DNA of 64,000 nucleotides from an uncultured Methanosarcinaceae archaeon (GCA_963733675.1 CAVTET010000001.1:128001-192000), one strand, 5' to 3'. Shown: positions 40,616 through 51,788, counted from the stretch's first letter. Translations and numbers: made by a program. Notes: generated by a model from the sequence alone, not told the origin.

Positions 40616-41159
40616 TACTGAGTTCGGGAGATATCTTCTATTCTTCAGGATTTATTTTTTAACAGATTATATACTATATATTTTGGGTTTATCTGGCCTA
40701 AATAAATCACGGCTACGTTTTAATGCAAAATAATTAACTCACCCATTTTCTGAAGATCTCTTTTTGGTTTTTTGATCCATGCAAAAAACACCATTAATAT
40801 CATGCTATTATTCAAGGTTAAAACATTTTATGTGAACACAATTTTTATTCTGAAATTATTTTTCACATAATTAATTAAAAATAACTAAGAGATTATCTAA
40901 TATCTCAACGAAAACGACCGGTTAAAAAACTGGAAAATAATAAGTAGACATGTGAACAAAAATTGCATGGAAGGCATTGATCCTGTTATAATTCAAATAA
41001 TAATCTATCAACAACAAATAAAGAAAAACAATTTCAAATTTGTATTGAAATTAATTTATTAAAGAAATCTCTTAAATGAGAACATAATTTTTCAGGTTTG
41101 AAGTGGTGAAATTACCATCAAAATTAAATCAATGTGAATCGATATGATATGGTTTAATT

Positions 41160-42278
41160 ATGGATGAAAAGGTTGAAATTTTGCTTTTTGAGGATAATCC
41201 TGGGGATGCAAGTCTGATTGAAGAGCTGCTTGATGGATTAGCCGACTTCCCATATGTACTCAAAAATGTTGAAACCCTTAACGAAGGTTTGAGTCTTCTT
41301 AAAGAACGTCCATTTGATGTAATATTGTCAGATCTAGGCTTGCCGGATAGCGATGGAATAGACACTTTTTTTGATATTTATACAAGGAATTCACGAATCC
41401 CGATAATAATATTTACAGGGTCAAATGATGACAAAATTGGGATTAATGCTGTGAAAAAAGGTGCTCAGGACTATTTAGTCAAAGGGCAAGTAGATGGTAG
41501 GTTATTGAAACGTTCTATCCAATATTCTATTGAGCGCAAAAAAATAGATGAAGTACTAGCAAATATTGAAATTATTCGTAAAAAGGAAATTCATCACAGG
41601 ATTAAGAATAACTTACAGGTAATATCCTCACTTCTTGCTCTTCAAGCTGATAAATTCAAAAGCAAGATGGAAGTGATGAGTTCAGAAGTCTTAGATGCTT
41701 TTAGGGAAAGTCAGGATAGAATAACATGTATGGCTATTATTCATGAAGAATTATACAAAGGTGAAAAACTCGAAGATCTAGATTTTGCATTATACCTTGA
41801 GAAGCTCACTCAAAATTTATTTAAGATTTATAGGTTTATGAATACCAATATAAGCTTAAGCATAGATATCGAAAATAACCTTTTCTTTGATATGGATACT
41901 GCAATTCTATTAGGAATGATTATTAATGAACTTATTTCGAATTCCCTTAAACATGCATTTTCAGAAAGGGCTAACGGAAAAATTTATATCAAACTACGTA
42001 GGGCAGAGGACGGAGAATTCAGAAATAGCAGAGAAGAAAGCAAATATAAAGGCTTTAAGAGTACTAGTTTCACTTTGACAGTTTCAGATGATGGAGTCGG
42101 TGTACCTGAAAACCTTGTGATTGAAGATATTGAAAGTCTAGGTCTCCAGCTGGTAAATTCCCTTGTAGACCAATTAGATGGGGAATTTGAACTTGAAAGG
42201 AACCATGGAACTGAATTTACTCTAAAGTTTACAGTAGCCGAAAAAAGTCAGTACCGACTAATTGGGGCTTGCAGTTAA
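41160..42278 (+). CDS. Receiver-domain/HisKA_2 histidine kinase
   Basis: EDNPGD, DLGLPDSDG, GAQDYLVK, EIHHRIKNNLQ, NELISNSLKHAF, DDGVG and SLGLQLV motifs. Confidence 0.95.
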   Translation: MDEKVEILLFEDNPGDASLIEELLDGLADFPYVLKNVETLNEGLSLLKERPFDVILSDLGLPDSDGIDTFFDIYTRNSRIPIIIFTGSNDDKIGINAVKKGAQDYLVKGQVDGRLLKRSIQYSIERKKIDEVLANIEIIRKKEIHHRIKNNLQVISSLLALQADKFKSKMEVMSSEVLDAFRESQDRITCMAIIHEELYKGEKLEDLDFALYLEKLTQNLFKIYRFMNTNISLSIDIENNLFFDMDTAILLGMIINELISNSLKHAFSERANGKIYIKLRRAEDGEFRNSREESKYKGFKSTSFTLTVSDDGVGVPENLVIEDIESLGLQLVNSLVDQLDGEFELERNHGTEFTLKFTVAEKSQYRLIGACS

Positions 42279-42717
42279 ACTGAACAATTAACTGTATTTG
42301 TCTGTAAATGTTTAATAATATCGGTTGTCCACAACGCCTTTTATATTTATTTTAATTCATCAAGTGCGTAAGATCCAATCAATAAATTTGTGATCAATCT
42401 TGAGAATCCTTTTAACACAACTTATCTATATTACTGTAAGAGGTATGTTACTACTTGGAAATGCATATCATGGAAATTGGATATAGAGGGTGTTTCGATA
42501 TCTGTATCATGGGACACTAAAATTGTTACCTTTCTCTAATGATAGCATATATGTCTAATCCTCATGAACGCGACACTAAGAGTTATGATAGCCTCATGAA
42601 AGCCTTTGATGAATATGGACACTCTCAGATCAGGAGCTTACGGGAAAAAATTTAAAAAGTTTATGCTATGATAGTTTAAAGGTATCTATAATAAGCAGAT
42701 CTTCATATGTGAAGAAT

Positions 42718-43110
42718 TCATATATATCCTGTAATACTCTGCCCAACTGGAGTGCTTTTTCTGATACAATCCTCTCCATAATTGATTATGTTCTCAATCG
42801 CAGTTTTCAAAATGGAAGGATATATTTCACCGACCTGTTCCCATATAGATTTTCCATGACAGAAAGACTTAAACGTTGGTGTACTATGAACACTATACCT
42901 TTCTGAAGTCCAAGTATTTATTACAATATTTATGCGGGCAAAAACTGCCAAGTTCTTGAATTCATGTGCATAGTTCTCAAAATGAGATTCCATGGCCTCA
43001 CAAAAAGGACATTCTGGGCTGTAAAACATTACAATAACTGGCTTTGAAGACTGTTCCACTATCTGTTCCCAGATCGTATCATCAATTTCAATCACATTGG
43101 ATTCGTTCAA
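42718..43110 (-). CDS. Thioredoxin-family protein
   Basis: VMFYSPECPFC and TPTF; TTG start with GGGGG RBS. Confidence 0.9.
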   Translation of the reverse strand: MNESNVIEIDDTIWEQIVEQSSKPVIVMFYSPECPFCEAMESHFENYAHEFKNLAVFARINIVINTWTSERYSVHSTPTFKSFCHGKSIWEQVGEIYPSILKTAIENIINYGEDCIRKSTPVGQSITGYI

Positions 43111-43304
43111 TCGTTTACCCCCATGTATTAAATGAATGGATAAAATATTATGATTGACAAATAAGTATCTATTGCTTGAGTTGTTATCTTTAATTGAAAA
43201 CTGGCCATAAAAATTTATTTCTTAGTTTAGCTGAGTAATCCAAGATTGATCCCCAGATTCTCTAATGAACATTTAAGATATGTCTAGACTAATTATAGAA
43301 TACA

Positions 43305-43393
43305 GAGAATGTCGGTAAACATCTGATTTTTAAGAATCATTTATCTGCTGTTTATAGGCATATGATAAAAGTTAGGGATTTCTCGAAATCCTC
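43305..43393. repeat. ~90-bp inverted-end element, copy D
   Basis: GAGAATGTCGGTAAAC ... GGGATTTCTCGAAATCCTC. Confidence 0.6.
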
Positions 43394-43693
43394 TCTAGTC
43401 AACTCATTAATGAATTATATTTTTAAAAATAAATTATAGTTGTAAACATAATTTTTGACGCTTAAATCACTAGAAAATTCTATAATTACGAGAAAAAATC
43501 CATTTGATGCTTTATTTTATACACAAAATGGTTTACATGCTTCAGTTCCATTTACATTACATAAGTAGCTAAAAACATAAATCAGTTAGTTAATAATGGT
43601 TCTCATGGAAATTTTCATCCCCGCAGCAATCTGCCGGGTATTGAATAAATGAACTTCCTATTGCATCGAAAAGTACCTATCATTTCTCGAAGA

Positions 43694-44155
43694 TCATTCG
43701 AGTTGTATTTTTTTTGCTGGCTCTTCAAGCTCCATTTTTGGGAGTGTTATAGTCAGGACACCATTTTCAATTTTTGCAGTGCTCCCCTCCTCTTTAACTC
43801 TTGTAGGCAGGCGAACAGCTCGGTAAAAGTGGGTATATTCTCTTTCCTTACGAATATATCCTTCCTCTTCGGTTTCTTTTTCCTTTCCGCTCTTTGCACT
43901 TATCTCAAGCATGTCTTCTTTAAGGTTTAGCTCAATATCCTCTTTATTTATTCCTGGAAGGTCGGTAGTTACCAAAAGCTTGTTTCCTTCGTCCTTGATG
44001 TCAATGGCAGGAGTAAATACATTTCCTCCCCCCCATTTTTTCATTGGCATGAAGTCTTCAAACAGCAGGTTCAGGCGTTCCTGCGTTTTCCTAATCTCTT
44101 CAAAAGGATCCCAGCGTGTGGGTTCTGAAATTGTTCTCTTAGCAGGCCAGTTCAT
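43694..44155 (-). CDS. Small heat-shock protein Hsp20
   Basis: WDPFEE, DLPGINKEDI and A..ENGVLTITLPK motifs. Confidence 0.96.
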   Translation of the reverse strand: MNWPAKRTISEPTRWDPFEEIRKTQERLNLLFEDFMPMKKWGGGNVFTPAIDIKDEGNKLLVTTDLPGINKEDIELNLKEDMLEISAKSGKEKETEEEGYIRKEREYTHFYRAVRLPTRVKEEGSTAKIENGVLTITLPKMELEEPAKKIQLE

Positions 44156-44472
44156 ATCAAATATCTCCGTAAAATAAAGTTATAACACGATAGTTGTGTT
44201 ATTTTGAATATATTGAAGAAGGATATATAACATTTTCTTTAACAATTTCACTGAAATGGGGGTATTAATCATTTTCAAATTTGTTCAATTACCCAAGGAC
44301 AATCCCTCAAATCTAAAAATTTTTATTTTAATTATAAAGTGTTTGTAATAGCTCTCCTCGGTCTTTTTAAGTTTATAATTTGATCTAAGGTTAATATGCA
44401 TTGCTTTTTTAGGGAAAAAAATCTTAATGTTAAATTTGTGAGTATTTTCCTCAAATAATAACAACATAATTA

Positions 44473-44788
44473 ATATAAAATTATTTGTTGATTTTAAAAC
44501 ATTTTATGGGAAAGTAATTTTTATTAATAAACTATTTTTTGTATAATTAATTTAAAATAATCAAATGATTAATTGTACATTGGAGCTTAAAGCGAACAGA
44601 TAGATAGTAAAAGAGTGAAAAAGTGAGAGAATATAAAATTATTTGTTGATTTTAAAACATTTTATGGGAAAGTAATTTTTATTAATAAACTATTTTTTGT
44701 ATAATTAATTTAAAATAATCAAATGATTAATTGTACATTGGAGCTTAAAGCGAACAGATAGATAGTAAAAGAGTGAAAAAGTGAGAGA
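44473..44788. repeat. Tandem duplication, 2 x 158 bp
   Basis: 44473-44630 is repeated at 44631-44788 and appears identical by eye. Confidence 0.92.
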
Positions 44789-44797
44789 TGACCGGTA

Positions 44798-44839
44798 GTA
44801 TGTGTGAGTGTATGGGGTGTATGTGTGAGTGTATGGGGT
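44798..44839. repeat. Tandem repeat, 2 x 21 bp
   Basis: GTATGTGTGAGTGTATGGGGT occurs twice. Confidence 0.92.
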
Positions 44840-44846
44840 AATTGTA

Positions 44847-44936
44847 GAGAATTTCGATAAAACCTCATTTTTAGCAAATTGCTTATTATGGATTGTATAA
44901 ACATTTGAATAAAAATTGAAGTTTATCGAAAGTCTC
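44847..44936. repeat. ~90-bp inverted-end element, copy E
   Basis: GAGAATTTCGATAAAACC ... AGTTTATCGAAAGTCTC. Confidence 0.7.
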
Positions 44937-45906
44937 TAAATATAATGACACTACAAAGCTACATTTATTTTACAATGATATCTCAATAACAAAAATTAGT
45001 GGTTATGATACAGAATTATTCGTGTTTATGTTTGTTGAAAATCGTAAACACAATATTCTCTCTACATTTTCCCAAAATAGTAGACATAATTATTTTCCAT
45101 ATTTGATCAACGATTCAAAAACATAATATGAAGTTTTATTTTGTGAATATATATTGTCGACTTTTGTTGGTATACAAAGTATTTTCTAAGTTCTTTGCAA
45201 TATCCTCAATCAAGAAGTACAAAATTGGCAAATCGAGGCATTTTTTATATTAATATAGTTCTAGAGGAGGCCTTTTTCGAGGATTCCCTTATAACCACCT
45301 TTTTATTTAGTCATGAGAACATAAAATTTTGTGCTATCTGATATTGACTATGTTGACAAAAAAAATGATTAAGTAGCAGAATTAATGAAAAAAAAATAGA
45401 TTTATAAGCTAATAATTTTGATTTGGGAGCTGGCTAAAAGAAATTTTGTACGATCTTTTATACAAAAAATCCCTATTATATCTTTTTTTAGAGATAAATT
45501 GATTGGGTAACATAGTTCCCATTTAATAGTGCAGAGGCAGCTTAAACCATAAATCAGTTGGTTAATAACGGCTCTCTAGGATATCTTCATTACGCTGTAA
45601 ATTTCGGAGTATTCTACAGGAATAAACTCAAAAATATGATCCTTCTCCGCAAAAATCTCCAAATCATTTCGGGAGAATATTACTCATTTTTACTTCAGAA
45701 CTCTACAATATTGAATTTTCTAGAAGTGATTACAAAATATGTGATTAAGATGTATGGATGAAGTTTTTCCTGCTAATTATTGAGTATAATCACTAAATAA
45801 ATAAAAAAAGTAATTTGGAATTACAGCAAATCAGAACTACTGATTCATACAAAAAGTTTTTATCTTAAAACGCATAATTCGTATTCCTCAATAGGAAAAG
45901 CAAATT

Positions 45907-45981
45907 GGGCTCGTGGCTTAGCCTGGATATAGCACTGGGCTTCTAACCCAGACGTCGGGGGTTCAAATCCCTTCGAGCCCG
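45907..45981 (+). tRNA. tRNA-Arg(TCT)
   Basis: Acceptor stem GGGCTCG/CGAGCCC; anticodon arm CTGGG-CTTCTAA-CCCAG; T-loop GGTTCAAATCC. Confidence 0.95.
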
Positions 45982-46650
45982 CTCATTCCTTATGATAATT
46001 TCTAATACCATTCAAATCAGCAATTAATTACATTTTTTATTCGTTATCAAATATTTTGATCCAATTCTTAACACGTACTTTAGATTTAGCTAATTTTGTA
46101 TATTTATGCTTGATAGACTCTCGGTGTCTTATAACAAACTTGGTTAATTATATTTAAATTTCTTTTAAATTTTTTTTATATAATCTAAAGTAAATTTAGG
46201 TAAGGTGAATAGAATGACAAGAATACTATATAATATTAATATCCAATTTTTTTGCCTTTTTGACCATAATGCATGAACGATGTTTTTTGGGTTATTTAGT
46301 ACAACTATAATATCAAATTATTTTTGTAACATTTAAGATATAGTTCTCTTTGCTTTCTTGAGCTGGGGTATAATATAGTCTCTAACCGGCAAACCATCCT
46401 TTTTGATCTTAGTAGTGATTTTCGGGACTTGTAAGGTTCGGAACGACTGCTTTTTATAAAAAAATTTATAAAATATCGATTTCATAACTCACAATAATTT
46501 TTAAAAAAATTAAAGGGCAGAATATTAAAACTCGATATTAATTTATTTCAGGATTAAGGATTTTGGAACTCGCTCTCAAACCACAAAACCAGGATTCAGG
46601 ATCAATTTCAGAATGGAAAAAATAAAATGTGGGAATAAAATGTGGGATAT

Positions 46651-48585
46651 GATATGGAACAGATAGCAGATGAACAAATCAATGAATCCGATAGCATGTC
46701 CATGCTACAGGAAATTAATGAAAAAAGCATTGATCCTGCCAGTCAGACCATGCTTCATAAAGCTGAGCAGGAAGGTATAGAGACTGCTTGGGATCGATAT
46801 GAGAAACAAATCCCCCAGTGCAGTTTCGGACAACTTGGAATTTGCTGCCGGAATTGCAATATGGGCCCATGCAGGATAGATCCCTTCGGTGAAGCTGTCG
46901 AGAAGGGAATTTGTGGCGCTACTGCAGATATTATAGTTGCAAGAAATCTTCTGAGGACCATTGCTGCAGGTGCAGCCGCTCATTCAGATCACGCAAGGGA
47001 CGCAGTGCTAACCTTTAAGAAAATGAGTGAAGGAGAAGCTGGAAATTACACTATCAAAGACAAAGCAAAGCTACTATCTATTGCCTCTGAATATGGGATT
47101 CTTACGAAGATGAAAAGCTGTGAGGAAATGGCATCCGAACTCGCAGATGCGCTACTTCTTGAGTTTGGAAAACAAAATGGTCCCCTCCTGTGTACAAGGC
47201 GGGCTCCTGAGCCGCGGCTTAAATTATGGACTGAACTTGGAATAGAGCCTAGGGGGATTGATAGGGAGATTGTTGAATGTATGCACAGAACTAATATGGG
47301 TGTGGACAATAATGCAACTCACATTCTGCTACATGGACTGCGTACAGGACTGTCGGATGGCTGGGGAGGATCGATGATTGCAACAGATGTTCAGGACATA
47401 CTTTTCGGAACCCCACAACCGCGAAGGAGCACTGTTAATCTTGGGGTACTTTCTATGGATAAAGTAAACGTGATAATCCATGGGCATGAACCCATTCTTT
47501 CGGAGATGATCGTGGAAGCCTCTGAAGACCCCGAGCTCCTTAAACTTGCAAAGAAAACAGGGGCAGCAGGCATAAATGTTGCAGGGATCTGCTGTACTGG
47601 GAACGAAAACCTGATGCGTCATGGGACTCCAATAGTAGGAACCTTCCTTCAGCAGGAACTGGCAGTAATCACTGGAGCCGTGGAAGCTATGGTCGTAGAT
47701 GTCCAGTGCATTATGCCCTCACTAGGCGACCTTGCAGGCTGCTACCACACAAAATTCATATCCACGTCACCAAAGGCCGACTTTCCTGGGACTGTGAGAA
47801 TGGAATTCTATGAAGATAGAGCTTATGAAACCGCAAAAAAAATAGTAAGGATAGCCGTCGAAAACTTTTCTTCCCGAAATCCCGAGAAGATAAATATCCC
47901 GAAAGAAAAGCAGGAATGTATGGTTGGTTTCAGCGCTGAAGCCATACTTAGTGCGCTTGGTGGAAGCCCTGACCCTCTCATTGAGGCAATAAAAAACGGG
48001 ACCGTTTGGGGAGTAGGTGCGGTCGTGGGCTGCAATAATGTAAAAATAAAGCATAACTATGGGCATGTCAATCTTGTTAAGGAACTTATAAAAAACAACG
48101 TTCTTGTGGTTACAACCGGTTGTAATGCAATTGCCTGTGCAGAAGCAGGGCTTCTTGTTCCGGGAGCCTCCGAACTTGCCGGTGACGGGCTAAAAGTAGT
48201 ATGTGAGGCGCTTGGTATACCTCCTGTACTGCATATGGGTTCCTGCGTTGACATCAGTCGCATTCTGCTACTTTCATCAATCCTTGCAAGCCGACTGGGT
48301 GTAGATATAAGCGACCTTCCAGCAGCAGCAGCTGCTCCTGAATGGATGAGTGAAAAAGCAGTCAGTATCGGGGCCTATGTAGTCGCCTCAGGAGTTCTCG
48401 TTGTTCTAGGCACTGTTCCGCCTGTTCTCGGAAGCCAGGCAGTTACAGCCCTTCTGACAAACGGTTTAAACAATGTTGTCGGAGCAAGCTTTGCGGTTGA
48501 GCCTGATCCCATTAAAGCCGCATACCTGATGCTGGCACATATTGACGGGAAAAGAAGGTCATTGGGCTTGAACTCAGTCAGGTGA
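46651..48585 (+). CDS. cooS: Monofunctional Ni-CO dehydrogenase catalytic subunit
   Basis: C.FG..GICCRNC.MGPC, AAHSDH, HGHEP, GICCTGNE, DVQC, GCNN, GSCVD and WMSEKA motifs. Confidence 0.97.
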   Translation, partial: DMEQIADEQINESDSMSMLQEINEKSIDPASQTMLHKAEQEGIETAWDRYEKQIPQCSFGQLGICCRNCNMGPCRIDPFGEAVEKGICGATADIIVARNLLRTIAAGAAAHSDHARDAVLTFKKMSEGEAGNYTIKDKAKLLSIASEYGILTKMKSCEEMASELADALLLEFGKQNGPLLCTRRAPEPRLKLWTELGIEPRGIDREIVECMHRTNMGVDNNATHILLHGLRTGLSDGWGGSMIATDVQDILFGTPQPRRSTVNLGVLSMDKVNVIIHGHEPILSEMIVEASEDPELLKLAKKTGAAGINVAGICCTGNENLMRHGTPIVGTFLQQELAVITGAVEAMVVDVQCIMPSLGDLAGCYHTKFISTSPKADFPGTVRMEFYEDRAYETAKKIVRIAVENFSSRNPEKINIPKEKQECMVGFSAEAILSALGGSPDPLIEAIKNGTVWGVGAVVGCNNVKIKHNYGHVNLVKELIKNNVLVVTTGCNAIACAEAGLLVPGASELAGDGLKVVCEALGIPPVLHMGSCVDISRILLLSSILASRLGVDISDLPAAAAAPEWMSEKAVSIGAYVVASGVLVVLGTVPPVLGSQAVTALLTNGLNNVVGASFAVEPDPIKAAYLMLAHIDGKRRSLGLNSVR

Positions 48586-48591
48586 TTTGCA

Positions 48592-49107
48592 ATGAAAGAT
48601 TTAATGATACGGCCCGAACGCTGCCTAGGATGTCGCTCCTGCGAGATTGCCTGTGCTATTGCCCATTCAAAGAGTAAAAGCCTTTTTTCAGCTTTGGGAG
48701 AACAGCCGGCTCCAAAAAAATGCATAAATGTGGATTGTTCACCTAATCTTGAAATTTCCATTCCGATAACCTGCCGTCACTGTGAGAACGCACCTTGTGT
48801 ATCGGTTTGTCCCACAAAAGCTCTTTCCCAGAATATAATCACCAACATTGTAAACTACAATCCTGAGCTCTGCGTAGACTGCTGGACCTGTTCCATGGTT
48901 TGCCCTCGATTTTTGCTCCTATACAGGTTGATTCTTGTCATCGGCTGTTGGACCAGTTCCATGGCCTACAATCGTCGAGTGATCAGCAGACAAACTGAAG
49001 TGGGGGTAAAATGTGATCTCTGCAATGGTAGGGAGTTGCCTGCCTGCGTCGAGGCCTGCCCTACTCATGCTCTCGTATTTGCCGAGGTAAAAGATATTTT
49101 GGGATAA
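48592..49107 (+). CDS. cooF: CooF-like multi-4Fe-4S protein
   Basis: CLGCRSCEIAC, CRHCENAPCVSVCP, CVDCWTCSMVCP and KCDLC..PACVEACP motifs. Confidence 0.9.
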   Translation: MKDLMIRPERCLGCRSCEIACAIAHSKSKSLFSALGEQPAPKKCINVDCSPNLEISIPITCRHCENAPCVSVCPTKALSQNIITNIVNYNPELCVDCWTCSMVCPRFLLLYRLILVIGCWTSSMAYNRRVISRQTEVGVKCDLCNGRELPACVEACPTHALVFAEVKDILG

Positions 49108-50282
49108 AACGCATCGAAACTGACCTGAATATCTCACCGTTGATGCAGGAAGAGTCCTTATGATGACTTTCAGCTTCCCTGAAAACATTATGGAAATATG
49201 ATATTTGTGCCTTTAGATGTCTGAAAAGAAACAAGATTTTGTTTTCTAACATAGAAGGGGAATCAAAATTTAGCGTTGATTCCTAGCAATTAACAAACAT
49301 CAATAAAAAAACCCAAAAAGCAACAATAAGTCTCATATTTCTCTTAGATATAACTTTAGTTCTTGTTCGTGAATCATTATCAAATCTGAAAAAACGATTA
49401 TCTCCATCTTTTTGGGGGAAATACAAGACATGATTTTGCTTCTGTTTTCAGTAACTCATGGATACTACCCCTAAACGGTAATATCATTTTAAGAACCTCA
49501 TTTTTACTTCATAACAGTTGTGATCAAATATTTAGGTTCTCTATTTATTACGGATCATTTAATAGTGGTAGTTGTACTTGATAGAATACTTCTCCATTGT
49601 AAGAAGATAGGCATAAAGGGAAAATTAAAGGCTTAAAGAGAGAAAGAGACCGGAATAAAAATTGGAGTTCCATATTTCTAATTTTATAGAAATCCGTGAA
49701 AATTGGTGAATATTATATCCAAATGTGTGAATTTTTAAACGGTTAAATTGGGGAAAAATGAACAAGTCCTAACACCCTGCAGGGTCTTTCTGAGTCTCTA
49801 GCTGCAGATAAGGGGTATGCAGATTTTAATGGACCATTTTTTTCCATGACCGTAAAGATCAGATCATTTCCCTTATTAATTTCCTTAACCACTATTCAAA
49901 AAACATTTCCCTAAGAGCGTCTTCAAGAATAATTTGGGAATAAGACGACATTGGTACACCGAGATTTAAATCATAATATAAAAAAAGTGTTCAGGAAAGA
50001 GGATATTATGCTTAACCGATGACGCATGAATTAAAATATTTAATTTTTGACTAACTTTGGAATCGCAGTCTAGCTGCAAATAAGATTTTTTTAGGCACTT
50101 TTTGCCGCAAAATATGGGTTTTAATATTAACAATGCTTATCGTATGTCGTCAGTTCACATATGTGATGATATTTTCGGGGTGGTGGAAGGTTCTGCAATG
50201 AACTGCATATCCATTATACCTAGAGCAGATAGAAATGTGAATTTAAAACTAGTAAGAACACATGAATCTAAAAGGTTAAAGT

Positions 50283-50756
50283 ATGAAGGGAGAGATATTT
50301 GAAAGAACGAAGCATATTGTCCTAGACATTGATGAGCATGCAGTTGAAATAGCCTCTGAAGTTCTTGATGACGAGCTTGCCATTGAAATAGCCTGGGAAG
50401 CTATTAATTTAGTTGAACTGTATATTATTATGCGTATAGTAGAACATATGCTCATGATAGCTGAGTATATGCTTCTGGAAGTTAAAACTAGTCCTATTCA
50501 CCTGATTGAACCAAGACATGGTCAAAATATGGAGTTAATAGTTGATTTCTTTGAAAAAGGAGAATCCCAGCTACGGCAAATATTCAGAGCATATAGCGTT
50601 TTAGAGGCAGAAATCAATGTGCTTAAATCTTTAATGACTGGTTCTATGAATGAGATATTGCAGTATAACAATTTATTCATGGAACCTGGTAGAGCATCAG
50701 CTTATCCTTCGGTTTCGCATTTAATCGAAGCCTTGCCCTACACCTATTGTTGTTGA
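50283..50756 (+). CDS. Hypothetical acidic protein
   Basis: 157-codon ORF in AT-rich DNA with protein-like composition; no clear motif. Confidence 0.5.
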   Translation: MKGEIFERTKHIVLDIDEHAVEIASEVLDDELAIEIAWEAINLVELYIIMRIVEHMLMIAEYMLLEVKTSPIHLIEPRHGQNMELIVDFFEKGESQLRQIFRAYSVLEAEINVLKSLMTGSMNEILQYNNLFMEPGRASAYPSVSHLIEALPYTYCC

Positions 50757-51109
50757 TTGAATTCATCTTCAACATTACTAACTTCATTTTTTTTGTTGTT
50801 ATATAAATTACTATCAACACAATGATTTCAAGGAATAAGACCTATTTTTGGTGCCGAATATTTTCAAGCTGACCTTACCTTTGTTTTCTCTCATTTCCCC
50901 TTTTTTTGATAGATGGTGGCAAAAAGAATTTAATGAATCTTCTTTGTTTATCGAGTTCTTTTACTTGGATTGATGTTCTCACACAAAAAATGACATAAGT
51001 AGTATTTATGCATTTGAACCAGCTCAATGCAGAAAGCATCTGTATTTGAGGTTATTTTTCCCCTCTAAATAGGTTTACGTGTTTGAACACTATACTAGTA
51101 TACTATACG

Positions 51110-51123
51110 GTCACAATTGTGAC
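51110..51123. promoter_or_regulatory. Perfect palindrome GTCACAATTGTGAC (candidate operator 1)
   Basis: 14-bp perfect inverted repeat just upstream of the tRNA-Cys relic; core repeated at 51300. Confidence 0.55.
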
Positions 51124-51132
51124 TAAATTGTT

Positions 51133-51204
51133 ACCAGGGCCGCTGTGAGGCTACGCAATGGACTGCAGATCCATCTAATCAAGGTTCGATTCCAGGATCT
51201 TATT
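51133..51204 (+). pseudogene. Degenerate tRNA-Cys copy
   Basis: 51148-51174 is identical to 51719-51745 (anticodon arm, GCA) and GGTTCGATTCC is kept, but the acceptor stem no longer pairs. Confidence 0.85.
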
Positions 51205-51297
51205 TGAAAGGTTTTCATAGATACTAGAAAATCTTTGAGGTGATATTTGCCTCATAAAGAAGGTTCAAATATAAGTAAAGGTTAATAATAAGTATAG

Positions 51298-51313
51298 ATT
51301 CACAATTGTGAAT
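51298..51313. promoter_or_regulatory. Perfect palindrome ATTCACAATTGTGAAT (candidate operator 2)
   Basis: 16-bp perfect inverted repeat with the same TCACAATTGTGA core. Confidence 0.55.
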
Positions 51314-51551
51314 TAAGTGTTGCAGATTCCTAGTGATTTCACTCGTTAGGTATGTACTTAACTCGCTGGGTAAGGTGATCAACTCAAAGATGTGAAAGCT
51401 CTAGTCGTAGATGAACAGACCCTATAATTATTCTCAACCCCCACTTCTTGCAGAAGTCCACAATATGCCACCATCTTCTCAATGTGGCGATATCCAAAAA
51501 TTAATGCCGCTTTAAAAGGGATTCATTGGGAGAATTGGCAACTAAATTAGA

Positions 51552-51639
51552 GAGGATTTAGATAACTCCCTAAATTTCGTCATATGCTTCTAAAATCAAT
51601 ATAAATTATTTTTGAAAATAGGGATTTATCGAAATCCTC
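51552..51639. repeat. ~90-bp inverted-end element, copy F
   Basis: GAGGATTTAGATAACTCCCTA ... TAGGGATTTATCGAAATCCTC. Confidence 0.75.
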
Positions 51640-51703
51640 TATAAGATTGTGTATATCCGCGAGATATAAGGCACAAAATCTATGGTTCAAAACTAAAACG
51701 GAT

Positions 51704-51775
51704 GCTGAGATGGCGGAAAGGCTACGCAATGGACTGCAGATCCATTTTACTCCGGTTCGATTCCGGGTCTCAGCT
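51704..51775 (+). tRNA. tRNA-Cys(GCA)
   Basis: Acceptor stem GCTGAGA/TCTCAGC, discriminator U; anticodon arm ATGGA-CTGCAGA-TCCAT; T arm TCCGG-TTCGATT-CCGGG. Confidence 0.95.
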
Positions 51776-51788
51776 TAGAGGTAATCTC

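Noticed and set aside
44473-44839. Possible CRISPR array
   Set aside because: These are head-to-tail duplications without spacers, and no cas genes are present. The 90-bp elements are dispersed and inverted, not arrayed.
45907-45981. tRNA-Arg as attachment site for the integrase relic
   Set aside because: I found no duplicated tRNA-Arg segment elsewhere in the window.
51702-51788. N-terminal extension MLRWRKGYAMDC.. of the pscS ORF
   Set aside because: This is the tRNA-Cys gene read as protein; the real start is ATG 51789.
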